A DNA stretch of 64,000 nucleotides from an uncultured delta proteobacterium (GCA_963778655.1 CAVZVA010000011.1:192001-256000); one strand, 5' to 3'. Counted from the stretch's first letter, positions 1-12,604 are shown. Numbers and translations are program-made. Notes: a model not told the origin generated them from the sequence alone.

Positions 1-1170
1 GCGCTTGTCCTGCTCGCGGGCGAGCTGTCGCACCACGACCGCGAGCTTGTCGAACAGCTGCGACAGCGGGACCATGCGCACTTCGAGCACCGCGTCCTGG
101 ACCACGCCCAGCCGCCGATCGAAGCTGCGTTGCGTGCGCTGGGCCTCGAGCACCAGCTCGGAGTGGCTGCCGCTGGCGCGCAGCTTCTCGAGCAATCGCG
201 ACAGCGCGCTGCGCAGCATGCCGAGCTCGCCGACGGCGTTCATCAGGTGGTCGAGCTTGCGGATGTCCACGCGCACGACGCTGGTCAGCGAGCGCAGCGA
301 GAGCTGGGTGGCGCGCGCCAGCGATTGCGCCGCTGCTCCTTGCTGCGTCGCGGCCGAGCCGGCCGGCTCGCCGGCCTCGGCAGACTCGGCCCGCGCTGCG
401 CGCGCCGCGGCCTGGACGGCGCGGTGCCGGCGCACCGGGATCAGCCCTTCGGCCTCGGCGGCGAGCACGTCGCGCAGATCCTCCTCGGAGGCGCCGCTGG
501 CCAGCAGCAGCTCCAAGCCGATGGTATCCGCAGAGTCCTGGTCGGCGCTCGGCAGCAGGCTGATGATCTCGGCGCGCGCGCCGATGCGCTGCTTGAGCTC
601 CTTGAGCGCGCTCTCGATCCCGTCCAGAGGCACGCCCAGGCGCAGCCGATAGACGTCGTGGCCGCGCTCGACGTGGACCTGCAGGCGATGCGCCTCGTAC
701 TCGGTGAGCACCGCAAGCATCGAAGGGTCGAAGTCGTAGTCGTCGAGCGTGGCGTGCCGAACGGCCGCTGCGGTCATCGCCGAGCGCACCCGGGGCTCGA
801 ACGCTTCCAGATCGAAGACCGCGGGCGCCTGCGGCTGTTTGGCCTCGAGCAACAGCTGCTCGAAGGCCTCGATGCCCTCGAACAGGGCGTCCATCGCATC
901 GGGGCTGAGCGCGCAGCGCCCCAGGCGCACCTGGTCGAGCAAGTCCTCGAGCAGGTGGGCGAGCCGGCCAATGCGCTGGAAGCCGAACATACCCGAAAGG
1001 CCCTTGAGCGTGTGCACACCGCGGAAGAGCGCGCTCAGCAGGTCGGGGTCGGGCTCGCCGTCGCGCCTTCCCTGGTCCAGCAGCAACAGGTCGCGCGCCA
1101 GGTTCTCGATCAGCTCTTGGGCCTCGGCCAGGAACTCGTCACGGGCATGCTCGTCGTTCTGACTGGCCAT
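1..1170 (-). CDS. cheA: Chemotaxis histidine kinase CheA (runs off the left edge)
   Basis: Manual minus-strand translation from ATG at 1170 gives MASQNDEHARDEFLAEAQELIENL...LFRGVHTLKGLSGMFGF, an Hpt domain with the HTLKG phospho-His motif. Downstream it reads VRVDIRKLDHLMNAVGEL (dimerisation domain). Not in the ORF track because the frame has no stop inside the window. Confidence 0.93.
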   Translation of the reverse strand, partial: MASQNDEHARDEFLAEAQELIENLARDLLLLDQGRRDGEPDPDLLSALFRGVHTLKGLSGMFGFQRIGRLAHLLEDLLDQVRLGRCALSPDAMDALFEGIEAFEQLLLEAKQPQAPAVFDLEAFEPRVRSAMTAAAVRHATLDDYDFDPSMLAVLTEYEAHRLQVHVERGHDVYRLRLGVPLDGIESALKELKQRIGARAEIISLLPSADQDSADTIGLELLLASGASEEDLRDVLAAEAEGLIPVRRHRAVQAAARAARAESAEAGEPAGSAATQQGAAAQSLARATQLSLRSLTSVVRVDIRKLDHLMNAVGELGMLRSALSRLLEKLRASGSHSELVLEAQRTQRSFDRRLGVVQDAVLEVRMVPLSQLFDKLAVVVRQLAREQDKR

Positions 1171-1222
1171 CGCGCACAGGCGCCGGCTGCCACACGCAGC
1201 CGTTTCACTAATCGTAGCCCTT

Positions 1223-1567
1223 TTAGCGCGAAAAGGTCCGCTGCTCGGGCTGTTCGCTCGCGCATTCGGCGCAGGCGCATAGCCGGCGCAAGTAACCGAA
1301 GGCGTAGATGCCGGTGGCGTGACCATCACCCCATGTCAGGCGAAGCGCATAGTTCCCCACTTCGCCGATGTCGGTGAGCTCGAGGTCTCCGCCCTCCACG
1401 AAGTGGATCGGGCCGCTGTGCCCCTGACAGCGCGCGCAGGGGCAATAGCCCCGCAGCAGGGCGTGTGGGTACACCCCCAGATGCCCATCCGCGAACAGGA
1501 TCTCCATTACCCGTGCGCCGTGGGGCGCCCGCACCTCGAGCGGAACGCAGGCCTCGTCGTGCTCCAT
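1223..1567 (-). CDS. DUF971 / GBBH-like N-terminal Zn-binding domain protein
   Basis: LRGYCPCARCQGH...VGNYALRLTWGDGHATGIY signature. Confidence 0.88.
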   Translation of the reverse strand: MEHDEACVPLEVRAPHGARVMEILFADGHLGVYPHALLRGYCPCARCQGHSGPIHFVEGGDLELTDIGEVGNYALRLTWGDGHATGIYAFGYLRRLCACAECASEQPEQRTFSR

Positions 1568-1568
1568 T

Positions 1569-2318
1569 TCAACCTCCACCGGACGAAAGCGCCGCCGCGG
1601 CGAGCGCGCGCCCGATCCGCTGCTCGACGAACGAGCGCAAGGCCTCGCGCGCCTGCGCCAGCTCGGGCGCAGGGCAGGCCTCGACCGCGGCCGCGCGCCA
1701 CTCCGGGCCGAGCGCACGACCGAGCTGCGCGCGCACCCCGGCGCCCAGGCGGTGGGCCGCGCCGCCGCAGCCCCGACACACCAGGTGCCCGAGCCGGGTG
1801 TCGAACAGCGCGGCCTGGCCGGGGGCCGGGCGCTTGCCGCAGCGGCCGCACGCGTCGAGCCGGGGCGCAAAGCCGACCAACGCCAGCAGCCGCACCTCGA
1901 AGCACAGCAACACGCGCTCCGGGCCGCTGTCCTCGGCGTCGAGCGCCGCGAGCAACTCGAGCGCGGTGGCGAAGACCGGGGGGTCGGGCTCGTGCTCCGC
2001 GCTCAGCTCGCGCAGCAGCTCGAGCGCGGCGAAGCCGGCGCCGATGCGTCCGAGGTCGCCGAGGATGCGCGGAAACGCGCGGGTCGGGTGGGCCTGCAGC
2101 AGGGTGCCGAGCTGCCCCGAGCCGCCGCGCAGCTCCACCCCGAGCAGCACGAACGGCTCGAGCGCGCCGCCGAAGCGCTTCTTGCTGCGCCGCGCGCCGC
2201 GCGCGATGAACGACGCCTTGCCCATGCGGCTGGTCAGCAGAGTGACGATGCGATCGGCGTCGGCGTAATCGACGCTGCGCAGCAGCAGGGCCTCGCTGAC
2301 CTCGCCTCGAGCGGACAT
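1569..2318 (-). CDS. recO: DNA repair protein RecO
   Basis: ALLLRSVDYADADRIVTLLT...ARGARRSKKRFGGALEPF, plus a CxxC...CxxC zinc finger. Confidence 0.95.
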   Translation of the reverse strand: MSARGEVSEALLLRSVDYADADRIVTLLTSRMGKASFIARGARRSKKRFGGALEPFVLLGVELRGGSGQLGTLLQAHPTRAFPRILGDLGRIGAGFAALELLRELSAEHEPDPPVFATALELLAALDAEDSGPERVLLCFEVRLLALVGFAPRLDACGRCGKRPAPGQAALFDTRLGHLVCRGCGGAAHRLGAGVRAQLGRALGPEWRAAAVEACPAPELAQAREALRSFVEQRIGRALAAAALSSGGG

Positions 2319-2446
2319 GCAAGCGCGCCCAGTATGGGGCCGGCGAGCCCGCGGCGCACCAGCTGCACGCCGCCAGCGGCTCTCGGACTCACAGCAAGGC
2401 GGCGATACGGCGGTTCGCAAGCTCGATCAGGGTTCATCGGCGCACG

Positions 2447-2980
2447 CTACGACGCGGGAGCGTAGCGACCCTCGCGGGAGCGTGGGGCCCCGACGGCTTT
2501 GCCGGTGCAGCGGGAGGGGCGCGTGCCCGGCTGCCATGGTGAAGCCACCCGCTCGACGACCAGCGCGCCACCCGCGCCACCCTCGATCGCGGACAGCTCG
2601 AGCGGCGCGTCGCGGTGGCGCGGCCGGAGCACGATCGACAGCGCCAGGGTGAACAGGATGAGCAGGATGAACAGGGCGATCGCGATGCCGAAGCGCCGCC
2701 CCGATTCTGGCGCATAGACGGCGGGCAGGGCCGGCGGAGGCTCGGGCGTCTTGCGCCCGCCGTAGCGCGCCAGCACGTGCTCCTCGTCGAGACCCAGGGC
2801 GCGGGCGTAGGAGCGCAGGAAGCCGCGCACGAACACGTCGGCGGGCAGCTCTGCCTGCTCGTCTTGCTCGAGTTGCTCGAGGATGCGAACCGGGATGCGC
2901 GTGGTCTGGGCGAGCTCCGCGATCGAAACCTGCCTCTGCTCTCTTTCCCGTTTGAGATAGCTTCCCAGTGACCCTGTCAT
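2447..2980 (-). CDS. RodZ-like helix-turn-helix membrane protein
   Basis: LGSYLKREREQRQVSIAELAQTTRI...LPADVFVRGFLRSYARALGL followed by one TM helix. Confidence 0.88.
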   Translation of the reverse strand: MTGSLGSYLKREREQRQVSIAELAQTTRIPVRILEQLEQDEQAELPADVFVRGFLRSYARALGLDEEHVLARYGGRKTPEPPPALPAVYAPESGRRFGIAIALFILLILFTLALSIVLRPRHRDAPLELSAIEGGAGGALVVERVASPWQPGTRPSRCTGKAVGAPRSREGRYAPAS

Positions 2981-3029
2981 CACACTCTCCGTGGCCCCAC
3001 GTGGGGTCCGGTTCGCGCTGCCCGTCGCG

Positions 3030-3872
3030 TCAATACGTGGCCTCCAAGTACCGACTGCACGACTTGCCCGCCTCGGTGTGCGCGTCCAGCTCCACGCAAC
3101 GCTCGAAGTCGCCCCGGGCGTCGTCGCGCAAACCGAGATTCATGCGCGCTTCCCCACGCAAATGCCAAGCATCCTGAAAGCTGCTGCAGCGCTTATCGGC
3201 CTCGATCGCCTGGGTCAGAGCCTGCTCCGCCTTCTCGTAGTCGTGGGTGGCGAGGTAGGCGCTGCCGAGCCGATAGTACCCCACGCAGAAGCGCGGTAAT
3301 AGGCGCACCGCACGCAGCAGCGCGTCGATCGCCTTGGGGTACTGCTTCATCTGCAGGTAGGCCCAGCCGAGGTTGCCCCAGGCCATGTAGGCGTCCCGGT
3401 TGAACAGGTCGGCGACCGACTTGTTCAGCTGCGCCACCGCTTCCTCATAGCGACCCTGGTGGATGTAGAGCACGCCCAGGCCGTTGTGCGCATCGGAGAC
3501 CAGGGTCTCCTCGGACTGGCGCTGGTCGGAGGCCTGGATCTTGAGCACCTGCTGGAAGTGGGCCTCGGCCTTGGCGTCGTAGTCACGCGGGCTGTCGTCG
3601 CGCGCGATCAGGAACATGGTGCCGAGCAACAGGTGAGCCTTGGCGTTATTGGGATCGATCTCGATCGCCTTGAACAGCGCCTGGAAGGCACCGGGCGCGT
3701 TGCCTTCTCCGTGCAGTCCTATGGCGAGCTCGTATTGCTTCATCGATCGGTCCGCGTCCTGCGCTGACACCCCTTTGCCCTGGCAAGCTGCAAGCAAGAT
3801 CACCATGGCCGCGCGGCAGACAGCACCGGCTAGCCGGCCGCCGGGCGACCGGGCGAGGCTGCGCGTCAGCAC
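3030..3872 (-). CDS. tgl: TPR lipoprotein, Tgl/PilF-type type IV pilus pilotin (start uncertain)
   Basis: Lipobox ILLAAC, multiple TPR repeats (AHNGLGVLY, AWGNLGWAY, FCVGYYRLG), and position upstream of the HTH gene and recO as in myxobacteria. Confidence 0.75.
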   Translation of the reverse strand: MLTRSLARSPGGRLAGAVCRAAMVILLAACQGKGVSAQDADRSMKQYELAIGLHGEGNAPGAFQALFKAIEIDPNNAKAHLLLGTMFLIARDDSPRDYDAKAEAHFQQVLKIQASDQRQSEETLVSDAHNGLGVLYIHQGRYEEAVAQLNKSVADLFNRDAYMAWGNLGWAYLQMKQYPKAIDALLRAVRLLPRFCVGYYRLGSAYLATHDYEKAEQALTQAIEADKRCSSFQDAWHLRGEARMNLGLRDDARGDFERCVELDAHTEAGKSCSRYLEATY

Positions 3873-4029
3873 GGTCGGATCGTTTACCGGGGCCCGGGTA
3901 GCCGGGTCAATAGCAAAGGATTCCTTGTAATACATAAATTCTTCTTTCGGGATTTTGTCCCGCCAGCGGCGGAAGAAGGATGAGGACCGGCTCGCGCGGG
4001 CTGCGCCGCCCGGTCGACGCTCGATCGCG

Positions 4030-4992
4030 CTAGCCCGAGCGGCCCGCGGCGACCGCGGCCAGTAGCTCCGCGAGCAGGCTCGCGGCCAGCAGCGCGGTGT
4101 TGCCGCTGGCGTCGTGATCGGGCGAGATCTCGACCACGTCGCAGCCTGCGATGGGAAGCGCGCGCAACGCGCGCACCAGGCTCAGCGCCTCGTAACTGCT
4201 GAGCCCGCCGGGCACGGGCGTACCGGTGCCCGGCGCATATGCCGGGTCGAGCGCGTCCATGTCGAAGCTGACGTAGAACGGGCCGTGGTCGCGCGGGAGC
4301 CGCGCGAGCTCCGCCTCGACCCCGGACAGATCGCGCTTGACCTCGTCCACCATCACGATGCGGAAGCCGAGCGCCCGCGCGGTGTCGAGATCGCCGCCGC
4401 TGGTGAACGGGCCGCGGATGCCGATCTGCACCACGTCGCCGCGACGCAGCAAGCCTTCCTCGGCCGCGTTGCGAAACACGGTGCCGTGGTGCAGGTCGAT
4501 GTCCCACGCCGGCCCGAAGGTGTCGCTGTGCGCGTCGAAGTGCACCAGCCCGAGCGGGCCGTGGACGGCGTGGAGCGCGCGCAGGGCGCCCAGGCTGATG
4601 CTGTGGTCGCCGCCGACCAGCGCGGGCAGCGCGGAGGCGGCCGCGATCTGGGCGACGCGCGCGCGAATGCTCTCGAGGCTGCGCTCGATGCTCATCGGCA
4701 CGCAGGCCACGTCGCCGCCGTCGGCGCAGCGCAGGCGCTCGAACAGGTCGAGCCCCTGGGCCGGCTGAAAGCCGCGCGTCAGCGCGCTCGCCACACGCAC
4801 CGCGCGCGGCCCGAAGCGGGCGCCTGGCCGGAAGGTGGTGCCGCCGTCGAACGGCGCCCCGCAGATCAGCACGTCGACGTCGGCCGGGTCATCGTGCAGC
4901 GGCAGGCGCAGGAAGGTCGGCACGCCGGCGAAGCGCGGTACCAAGCGCGGCGAGACGGGACGAAAGCGCTCGCGGTCGTCCTCATCAGTCAC
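4030..4992 (-). CDS. speB: Agmatinase / ureohydrolase family
   Basis: RPGARFGP, GGDHSI, HFDAHSD, SFDMDALDPAYAPGTGTP motifs. Confidence 0.9.
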   Translation of the reverse strand: MTDEDDRERFRPVSPRLVPRFAGVPTFLRLPLHDDPADVDVLICGAPFDGGTTFRPGARFGPRAVRVASALTRGFQPAQGLDLFERLRCADGGDVACVPMSIERSLESIRARVAQIAAASALPALVGGDHSISLGALRALHAVHGPLGLVHFDAHSDTFGPAWDIDLHHGTVFRNAAEEGLLRRGDVVQIGIRGPFTSGGDLDTARALGFRIVMVDEVKRDLSGVEAELARLPRDHGPFYVSFDMDALDPAYAPGTGTPVPGGLSSYEALSLVRALRALPIAGCDVVEISPDHDASGNTALLAASLLAELLAAVAAGRSG

Positions 4993-5856
4993 AGTCCGCC
5001 TCCTCCTGCCGCATCCCCGGCAATGGCTCTTGGACGAACGCCCCTTCCGGCACCTCGACGTCGAGGGCGATCTGCTTGAAGCGGATCAAGGTATCGCGAT
5101 CGGCTTGCGGCTGCTCGACTCGCACCTCGAAGGGCATCGCGATTTTGCCGCTCCCGGCCTGCACGGAGCGGTAGTGGTCGTAGTCGATGCGCCACAGGCT
5201 GCGGCCCCGCGCGTCGAACACCTCCGAACGCTTCAGGCGCAGCTGCTGGCGGGCGGGCGGCAGCGCGGCGTCCCGCTCCGAGATCGCCAGCTCGACCTGC
5301 TGGCGCCGGCCGTCGCGGGCGCGCAGCGTGATGCGGTAGAAGCCGTCGTCGTCCCACTCGATGCGCGCGCTGTCGTGCGCGAGCAACGGCGTGCCGCCCA
5401 GCAGCAGCTGCGTGGTCTGCTCCACGTCGAGCGGCAGGTTGAGCAAGCGGGCGATGTTCTTGGGGCAGGTGGGCCCGGTCAGGAAACGCCGGTGGCGCAG
5501 ATCGGCATAGGCGAAGCGCTCGCCGTCGCTGGTCAGAATCGCGGCCGGGCCGATCTGGGTCATGGCATCGAAGCGCACGTGCGCGGGCCGCTGCACGTAC
5601 ATCAACACGGTGCCCTTCACGCGCCCGCCCTGTCCGCGCTGATCGACCCGCGCCTCGGCGCGCAGCGACTGCACATGCTGGCGCGCGCCGCGCTGCTGAT
5701 CGAGCGCACGCGTCGGATCGGCGAAGAGCTGCGCGGGTCGCGGAAAGCTGGCGCACGCCGGCAGCAGCAACGCCGCGCAGACCACCCAGCCCGCCCGCAA
5801 AGCCGGCCCGAGCAGGTTCCGAATCCGCGCACAGAGCCGAAGCGTCAGCCGGAGCA

Positions 5857-5857
<1 letters not shown>
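4985..5857 (-). CDS. Lipoprotein, LolA/LolB-like or DUF4292-like fold
   Basis: 3' part of ORF 4985..7090. Lipobox LLLPAC, beta-rich body, translationally coupled to both neighbours. Confidence 0.6.
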
Positions 5858-7731
<1,874 letters not shown>

Positions 7732-7837
7732 CGAACGGGGCAACCATGCGCCCCGCTCGAAAAGCGGTCAAGGAAGCCCGCCGCCGCGCCGCGGGCGCGC
7801 ATTCGACGGCGGACGGGGGTTGCGGTATGCAGCGGGC

Positions 7838-8767
7838 GTGCGAGCGAACGACGAGCGCGCGCGCGTGCAGCTCCCCGATCGCGCGGCCGACCGGCCGAAG
7901 GCGGCGCTCGTGCTGGCGGTGGCGCTCGGCGCGTTGGGCGCAGGGGTGGCAGTGGCCTATGGCCTGCAGGGCGGCGGGAGCGGCGAGTCGCACGCGAGCG
8001 TGGAGCTGCAGCGGCAAGCGCGCGCCGGAGGCGGGACGGACGCGGGGACGAGCGTGCTGGCGTTGGCCGGGGCGCCGCGCGACGCAGGCGGCAGCGGCGG
8101 CAGCGGGGAGAGCGCGGAGGCGCTACCGAGCGCGGAAGCGGAGACGGGTGTGCCGGACGCAGGCGCGCGCGCGGCCGCGATTGCCAGCGGGCGGGCGAGC
8201 ACCGGCGAGCAGGCGCAGGCGCGCGCGGGCGAGGCCGCGACGACGATCAACGGGAGCACTGGAGCTGGAGCGGGGCCCGTGCCGGAAGCGCCGGAAGGGG
8301 AGCCGGAGCCGAAGGCGCCGGCAGCGAGCACGGGGGTGGTGGCGGAGGGTACGAGCGCGCGTGCGAGCGCGGGATCGAGCACGGCTACGAGCACGAGCAC
8401 GGGTGCTAGCGCGGGGGGCGTGGGGGCGCAGCGGGTGGGGGTGGGGTTCGTCGACTACCACGTCTGTGAGGGCTTGCCGCAGCGCGGCGGGCGCTTCCCT
8501 TGTCCGCGCGATCAGAAGCTCGAGCGCCAGGTGTTTGGCATCTTGCGCGGGCTGGAGGACTGCGCTGCGCTCGCCGGCCAGCGTGGCGAGGGCGAGATCC
8601 GACTGACCTTCGGTCGCAGCGGCGTGCCTGCGCTGCGCGTCGGTGGCCCGGCCACGCAAGTCGATCCCACCGCTGTGTTCAAATGTGCGGGTCACGCCCT
8701 GTCGCGCGTGCGCACGGTGCTGAGGCCGGAGCGAATGGTGGTGCGGTTCCGCTTCGACCTGCGTTGA
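7838..8767 (+). CDS. Hypothetical membrane-anchored protein with low-complexity linker and Cys-containing C-terminal domain
   Basis: TM segment ALVLAVALGALGAGVAVAY, an Ala/Gly/Ser linker and a compact C-terminal domain. Start uncertain. Confidence 0.55.
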   Translation: MRANDERARVQLPDRAADRPKAALVLAVALGALGAGVAVAYGLQGGGSGESHASVELQRQARAGGGTDAGTSVLALAGAPRDAGGSGGSGESAEALPSAEAETGVPDAGARAAAIASGRASTGEQAQARAGEAATTINGSTGAGAGPVPEAPEGEPEPKAPAASTGVVAEGTSARASAGSSTATSTSTGASAGGVGAQRVGVGFVDYHVCEGLPQRGGRFPCPRDQKLERQVFGILRGLEDCAALAGQRGEGEIRLTFGRSGVPALRVGGPATQVDPTAVFKCAGHALSRVRTVLRPERMVVRFRFDLR

Positions 8768-8915
8768 GGGCAGCCTGGGGACCGGTTTTGCCGGTCTTCA
8801 AGCTAACTGCAGAAAAGTGCGGGGGAATTCATCCTGAGCAGGAATTGGCCGTGCCAGTGGCCCACAAATTTTTCGCCCGCGCCGCACCATGGGACCTTTG
8901 CCGCCGCTTGGCCGT

Positions 8916-9188
8916 GTGCTAGTTTCAGACTTCGTGGATGTCGTGTTGCGCAAGCTCGGGCGCAAAGGTGGACGGGTGGTGGCCGGCCGTCTCATCAGAC
9001 CCCCGCGCAATGGCTCCGTCGTAGTGATCGAGTTTCCGGACGGGCTGCACGAGTACGTGACCACCCCGGTCAAGCGCGTGCTGCGCCTGGTCGGTGACGA
9101 GGTCTTCTTTCTGCAGACCGCGAACAGCTGCTATCGGCTCGAGATCCGCTCTGGCAACAACCTGGTGGCCGACACGGCCGTCAAGTAG
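8916..9188 (+). CDS. Small hypothetical protein
   Basis: Good GC3-rich codon usage and protein-like sequence (EYVTTPVKRVLRL...FFLQTANSCYRLEI). Confidence 0.65.
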   Translation: MLVSDFVDVVLRKLGRKGGRVVAGRLIRPPRNGSVVVIEFPDGLHEYVTTPVKRVLRLVGDEVFFLQTANSCYRLEIRSGNNLVADTAVK

Positions 9189-9239
9189 CCGCGGCTGCCT
9201 CTGTAGACGCTGCCGCTATCTATGGCTCTGCGGCTGCCT

Positions 9240-10061
9240 CTATAGCTGGAGCGCGCACAGCTTGACCACCAGCGCGTCGAGGATCTCCTGCAGCCGCGCC
9301 AGCTCGGCGGGCTTGCGCGTGCAGGTGCGCTCGTCCACGTAGAGGGCGCGGTTGAGCTCGATCTGAATCGCGTGCCAGCCCTCGCGGGGCCGTCCGTAGT
9401 GGCTGGTGGTGTAGCCGCCGCGGTAGGGGTCATCGTGGCGCACGCTCAGCCCTGCGGCCCGGAAGTGCGCGTCGACCAGGTCGATGATGCGCGGATCGGC
9501 GCTGGTGCGGCCGCAGCTGCCGGGCACGACGTCCGCGCGCCGCACCCCAGGATCGGTGTGCATAGAGCGCCCGAGCGAGGGCATGGAGTGGCCGGCGAGC
9601 ACGATCGCGTGGCCGAAGCGCTCGCGCAGCTCCTCGAGCGTACGGCGTAGCGCCCGGTGATAGGGCAAGTAGTAGTGCTCGAAGCGCGCCAGCAGCTGCT
9701 GGTAGCTCAGAGGGCGCGCTAGGATCGGACGCCCGTCGGTGGTGGTGCGCCAGACCACGCCACGCGGTTGGGCTCCAGCCGGCGTGGGATGGTCGGTGAC
9801 GGTGGCCGCGTCGACGTCGTCTTGGGCGCGGTTGAGGTCCACGACGTAGCGCGAGACACGCGCCACCAGCAGCGTGGCTCCCTTGCTCGGAGCGTGCGCG
9901 TAGAGCTCGTCGACGTAGATGTCCGCGTCGCGCAACACGGCGTCCTCGGGCGCGAGCAGCTGATCGCGCACCGCCTCGGGCAAAGACAGCCCCGCATGCG
10001 GCACTTCGACCAGCAGAGGTCGTGCGCCCACCTCGGGCAAGGTGAGGTCAAAGGCACTCAC
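9240..10061 (-). CDS. N-formylglutamate amidohydrolase family
   Basis: VEVPHAG, SRYVVDLNR, HSMPS, PYRGGYTT, HAIQIELNRALY motifs. Confidence 0.92.
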   Translation of the reverse strand: MSAFDLTLPEVGARPLLVEVPHAGLSLPEAVRDQLLAPEDAVLRDADIYVDELYAHAPSKGATLLVARVSRYVVDLNRAQDDVDAATVTDHPTPAGAQPRGVVWRTTTDGRPILARPLSYQQLLARFEHYYLPYHRALRRTLEELRERFGHAIVLAGHSMPSLGRSMHTDPGVRRADVVPGSCGRTSADPRIIDLVDAHFRAAGLSVRHDDPYRGGYTTSHYGRPREGWHAIQIELNRALYVDERTCTRKPAELARLQEILDALVVKLCALQL

Positions 10062-10303
10062 GAGCCTCGGTGTAGCACGAGATGGTCGGGTTGCCTCATG
10101 GGGCCGGTCCGGCGGCGCCGAACGTCGCGAGGCTGCCAGCGCGCGCCCGCAGCGACGATCGACGGCGGCGCGACGCGGGGTGGCCACTTGCGCACATTTC
10201 AACCGACACGCCGAGCAGCCCGCCGCGTTCGCGCTTCGTGACGCCGGCTCAAGCCGTGTATGATGACCTTGCAGCTCCAACGCTCAACAATGGCAAATCG
10301 CGC

Positions 10304-12046
10304 ATGGCGACTTCTGCTGCACGACGCAAGAACGACCCCTATCTCGGCAAGACCGTAGCCGGACGTTATCGCCTCGAAGCTCGCCTCGGCGAAGGCGGGA
10401 TGGGTGTGGTGTACCGCGCGCGCCACGTGCTAATCGATCGCGTGGTCGCGCTGAAGCTGATCCGGCCCGACCTGCGTGGCGAGACGCACCTGCGCGCATG
10501 GATGCTGCGCGAAGCGCGCGCCGCGAACCGCGTCGACCACGCTCACATCGTGCAGATCCACGACGTGGGCGAGACCGAGGAAGGCGAGCTCTACCTGGTG
10601 ATGGAGTACCTGGTGGGGACGGCGCTTTCGGCCGAGTGCGGCAAGGGGCCGATGCCGATCGAGCGCGCGGTGGACGTCATCGAGCAGATGTGCGCCGCGC
10701 TCGCGCGCGCCCACGACCTCGGGGTGGTGCACCGCGACCTCAAGAGCGACAACATCATGCTCACCATCCAGGGCGGGCGCCGCGACTTCGTGAAGATCCT
10801 CGACTTCGGGCTGGCCGCGCTCACGCGCGATGCGCGGCTCGCGCCCAAGGGCGCGATCTTCGGCACGCCGGAGTACATGGCGCCGGAGCAGGCGCGCGGC
10901 GAGGATGCGAGCGCGCTTTGCGACCTGTACGCGCTGGGGATCCTGTTCTTCGAGATGCTCACCGGCCAGCTTCCGTTCCGCTCCAACGACCGCGAGACGC
11001 TGCTCGAGATGCAGCGCAGCACGCCGCCGCCGCGTCCCACCGCCGTGCGCCCGGAGATCCCGCCGCAGGCCGAGGCGATCATCCTGCGCCTGCTGGAGAA
11101 GGACCCGACCAAGCGCTTCCGAGATGGCCACCATCTGCAGGAAGAGCTCAAGGCCTTCCAGCGCTCGCTGCCCTCCAAGCTGCTCGACAACTCGCAGAGC
11201 GAGGCGCCCGCGGTGGCGCCGCCCCCGCCACCCGCGCCCTCCCCGGGGGTGCAGGAGTGGGGCACGCGCGCGGCGAATTTCCAGCGCACGCTGGCACGCG
11301 CCTACCCCAACGGCCGCGTTCCGCCCGAGCTGCAGACCGCGATCGACTCGGTGTGGGAGATGGCCTCGCGCGCGTCGCGGCTCGAAGGCGAGCTGGCGAG
11401 CCAATCGCGCAAGCTCGACGCCACCGAGCGCCGCGGGCGGGCGCTGCGCGCCGAGCTGGGCCGCAAGGTCGAGGAGCTCGCGACCGAGGAGTCACGGGCG
11501 CTGCGCGAAGCCGGCGACTGGCGCGAGCGCGTGCGGGCAATCGAGCAAGAGGTGCGCGCCGCGCAGCAGGAGCGCGAGGCCAGCGAGCGCCGGGCGCGCG
11601 AAGCCGAATCGCATGGCGGCGAGATCCGCGGGCTGCGCCAGGTGTTCGAGGCGGCGGGCGCGGCGCGCGCACGCCACGACGCCACCCAGAAGCACATGGA
11701 ATCCGACGTCGCCCACGCCACGCGCCACGAGGCGCACGCGACGGCCCTGCGCAAACAGATCGACGAGCTGCGCAGCCAGCTCCAGCGCTACTCGGACGCG
11801 CTCGAAAACGACTTGATCACGGGCCGCGACCGCATCGCCGCCAAGGTCAAGGAAGCGCTCGGCTACGAGCAGCGCTTCGGCGACGCGTCGGCCACCCTGG
11901 TGCGCCACCTGCGCGAGCGCCCCGAGTGCCGCGACATGATCGAGGGGCTGATCAAGAACGACAAGACCACGCACGCCCCGGCCGAGATCGGCTCGGTGCG
12001 GCGGATGTCGCGGCCCACCACCGACCGTACGCCGGCCTCGCGCTGA
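10304..12046 (+). CDS. Hanks-type Ser/Thr protein kinase with C-terminal coiled coil
   Basis: GEGGMGVVY, VALK, HRDLKSDN, DFG, GTPEYMAPE. Confidence 0.95.
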   Translation: MATSAARRKNDPYLGKTVAGRYRLEARLGEGGMGVVYRARHVLIDRVVALKLIRPDLRGETHLRAWMLREARAANRVDHAHIVQIHDVGETEEGELYLVMEYLVGTALSAECGKGPMPIERAVDVIEQMCAALARAHDLGVVHRDLKSDNIMLTIQGGRRDFVKILDFGLAALTRDARLAPKGAIFGTPEYMAPEQARGEDASALCDLYALGILFFEMLTGQLPFRSNDRETLLEMQRSTPPPRPTAVRPEIPPQAEAIILRLLEKDPTKRFRDGHHLQEELKAFQRSLPSKLLDNSQSEAPAVAPPPPPAPSPGVQEWGTRAANFQRTLARAYPNGRVPPELQTAIDSVWEMASRASRLEGELASQSRKLDATERRGRALRAELGRKVEELATEESRALREAGDWRERVRAIEQEVRAAQQEREASERRAREAESHGGEIRGLRQVFEAAGAARARHDATQKHMESDVAHATRHEAHATALRKQIDELRSQLQRYSDALENDLITGRDRIAAKVKEALGYEQRFGDASATLVRHLRERPECRDMIEGLIKNDKTTHAPAEIGSVRRMSRPTTDRTPASR

Positions 12047-12099
12047 AGAGCCGGCCGCTTTGCGGCCGACAGCGAGTTGGGTATAGTGCCGCGTTCGCC

Positions 12100-12182
12100 G
12101 GCCGAGTGGCGGAATGGCAGACGCGCCGGACTCAAAATCCGGTGCCCGCAAGGGCGTGTCGGTTCGACCCCGACCTCGGCTA
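12100..12182 (+). tRNA. tRNA-Leu (CAA); CCA not encoded
   Basis: Acceptor stem GGCCGAG/CTCGGCT, D arm GCGGAATGGCAGACGC, anticodon stem CCGGA-CTCAAAA-TCCGG, long variable arm and T loop GGTTCGACCC. A TATAGT -10-like box lies at 12082-12087. Confidence 0.96.
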
Positions 12183-12401
12183 CCGATTCGATATCACATC
12201 ATTGTTCGGAAATGCCCAGCGGCGAAAAATGGCGTTGGGGGATCGCCGTATGGACAGTTTTCCTGGACAGCATGGCGGTCCGGTCATCACTGCCTTGGGA
12301 CTGAGCAGTGCGTCGCGATGCGCGATGCGCGGGTCACGGTCGGTGGACTGGCCGGCCGCCGTGGGGTAGGCCCCGGCCGGCACATGATGGGGGCACATGA
12401 T

Positions 12402-12517
12402 GGGGACGGTCCTCGATACATCGATAGTTGCGTGGTGGGGCATGATGGGGACTAGTTCCATGGTGAGGTCGTGGTGAGGGAGGGAAGAGACCAGGGTTAT
12501 CGTTGTATCGAGGTCCC
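12402..12517. repeat. REP-like inverted pair (REPIN-like unit)
   Basis: GGGGACGGTCCTCGATACATCGATAGTTG at 12402-12430 and a degenerate inverted copy (rc GGGACCTCGATACAACGATAACC) at 12495-12517. Confidence 0.7.
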
Positions 12518-12604
12518 TTCTTCCTTCCGTCCTTGCTTCCTTCGTCTCGCCTACGCTACCTCGACCCTGACGGGCAAAGGGGGGGGGTGTGGTTCTGCTG
12601 CTGA

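Noticed and set aside
130..1377. 415-aa plus-strand ORF
   Set aside because: Antisense shadow of cheA, typical of high-GC DNA.
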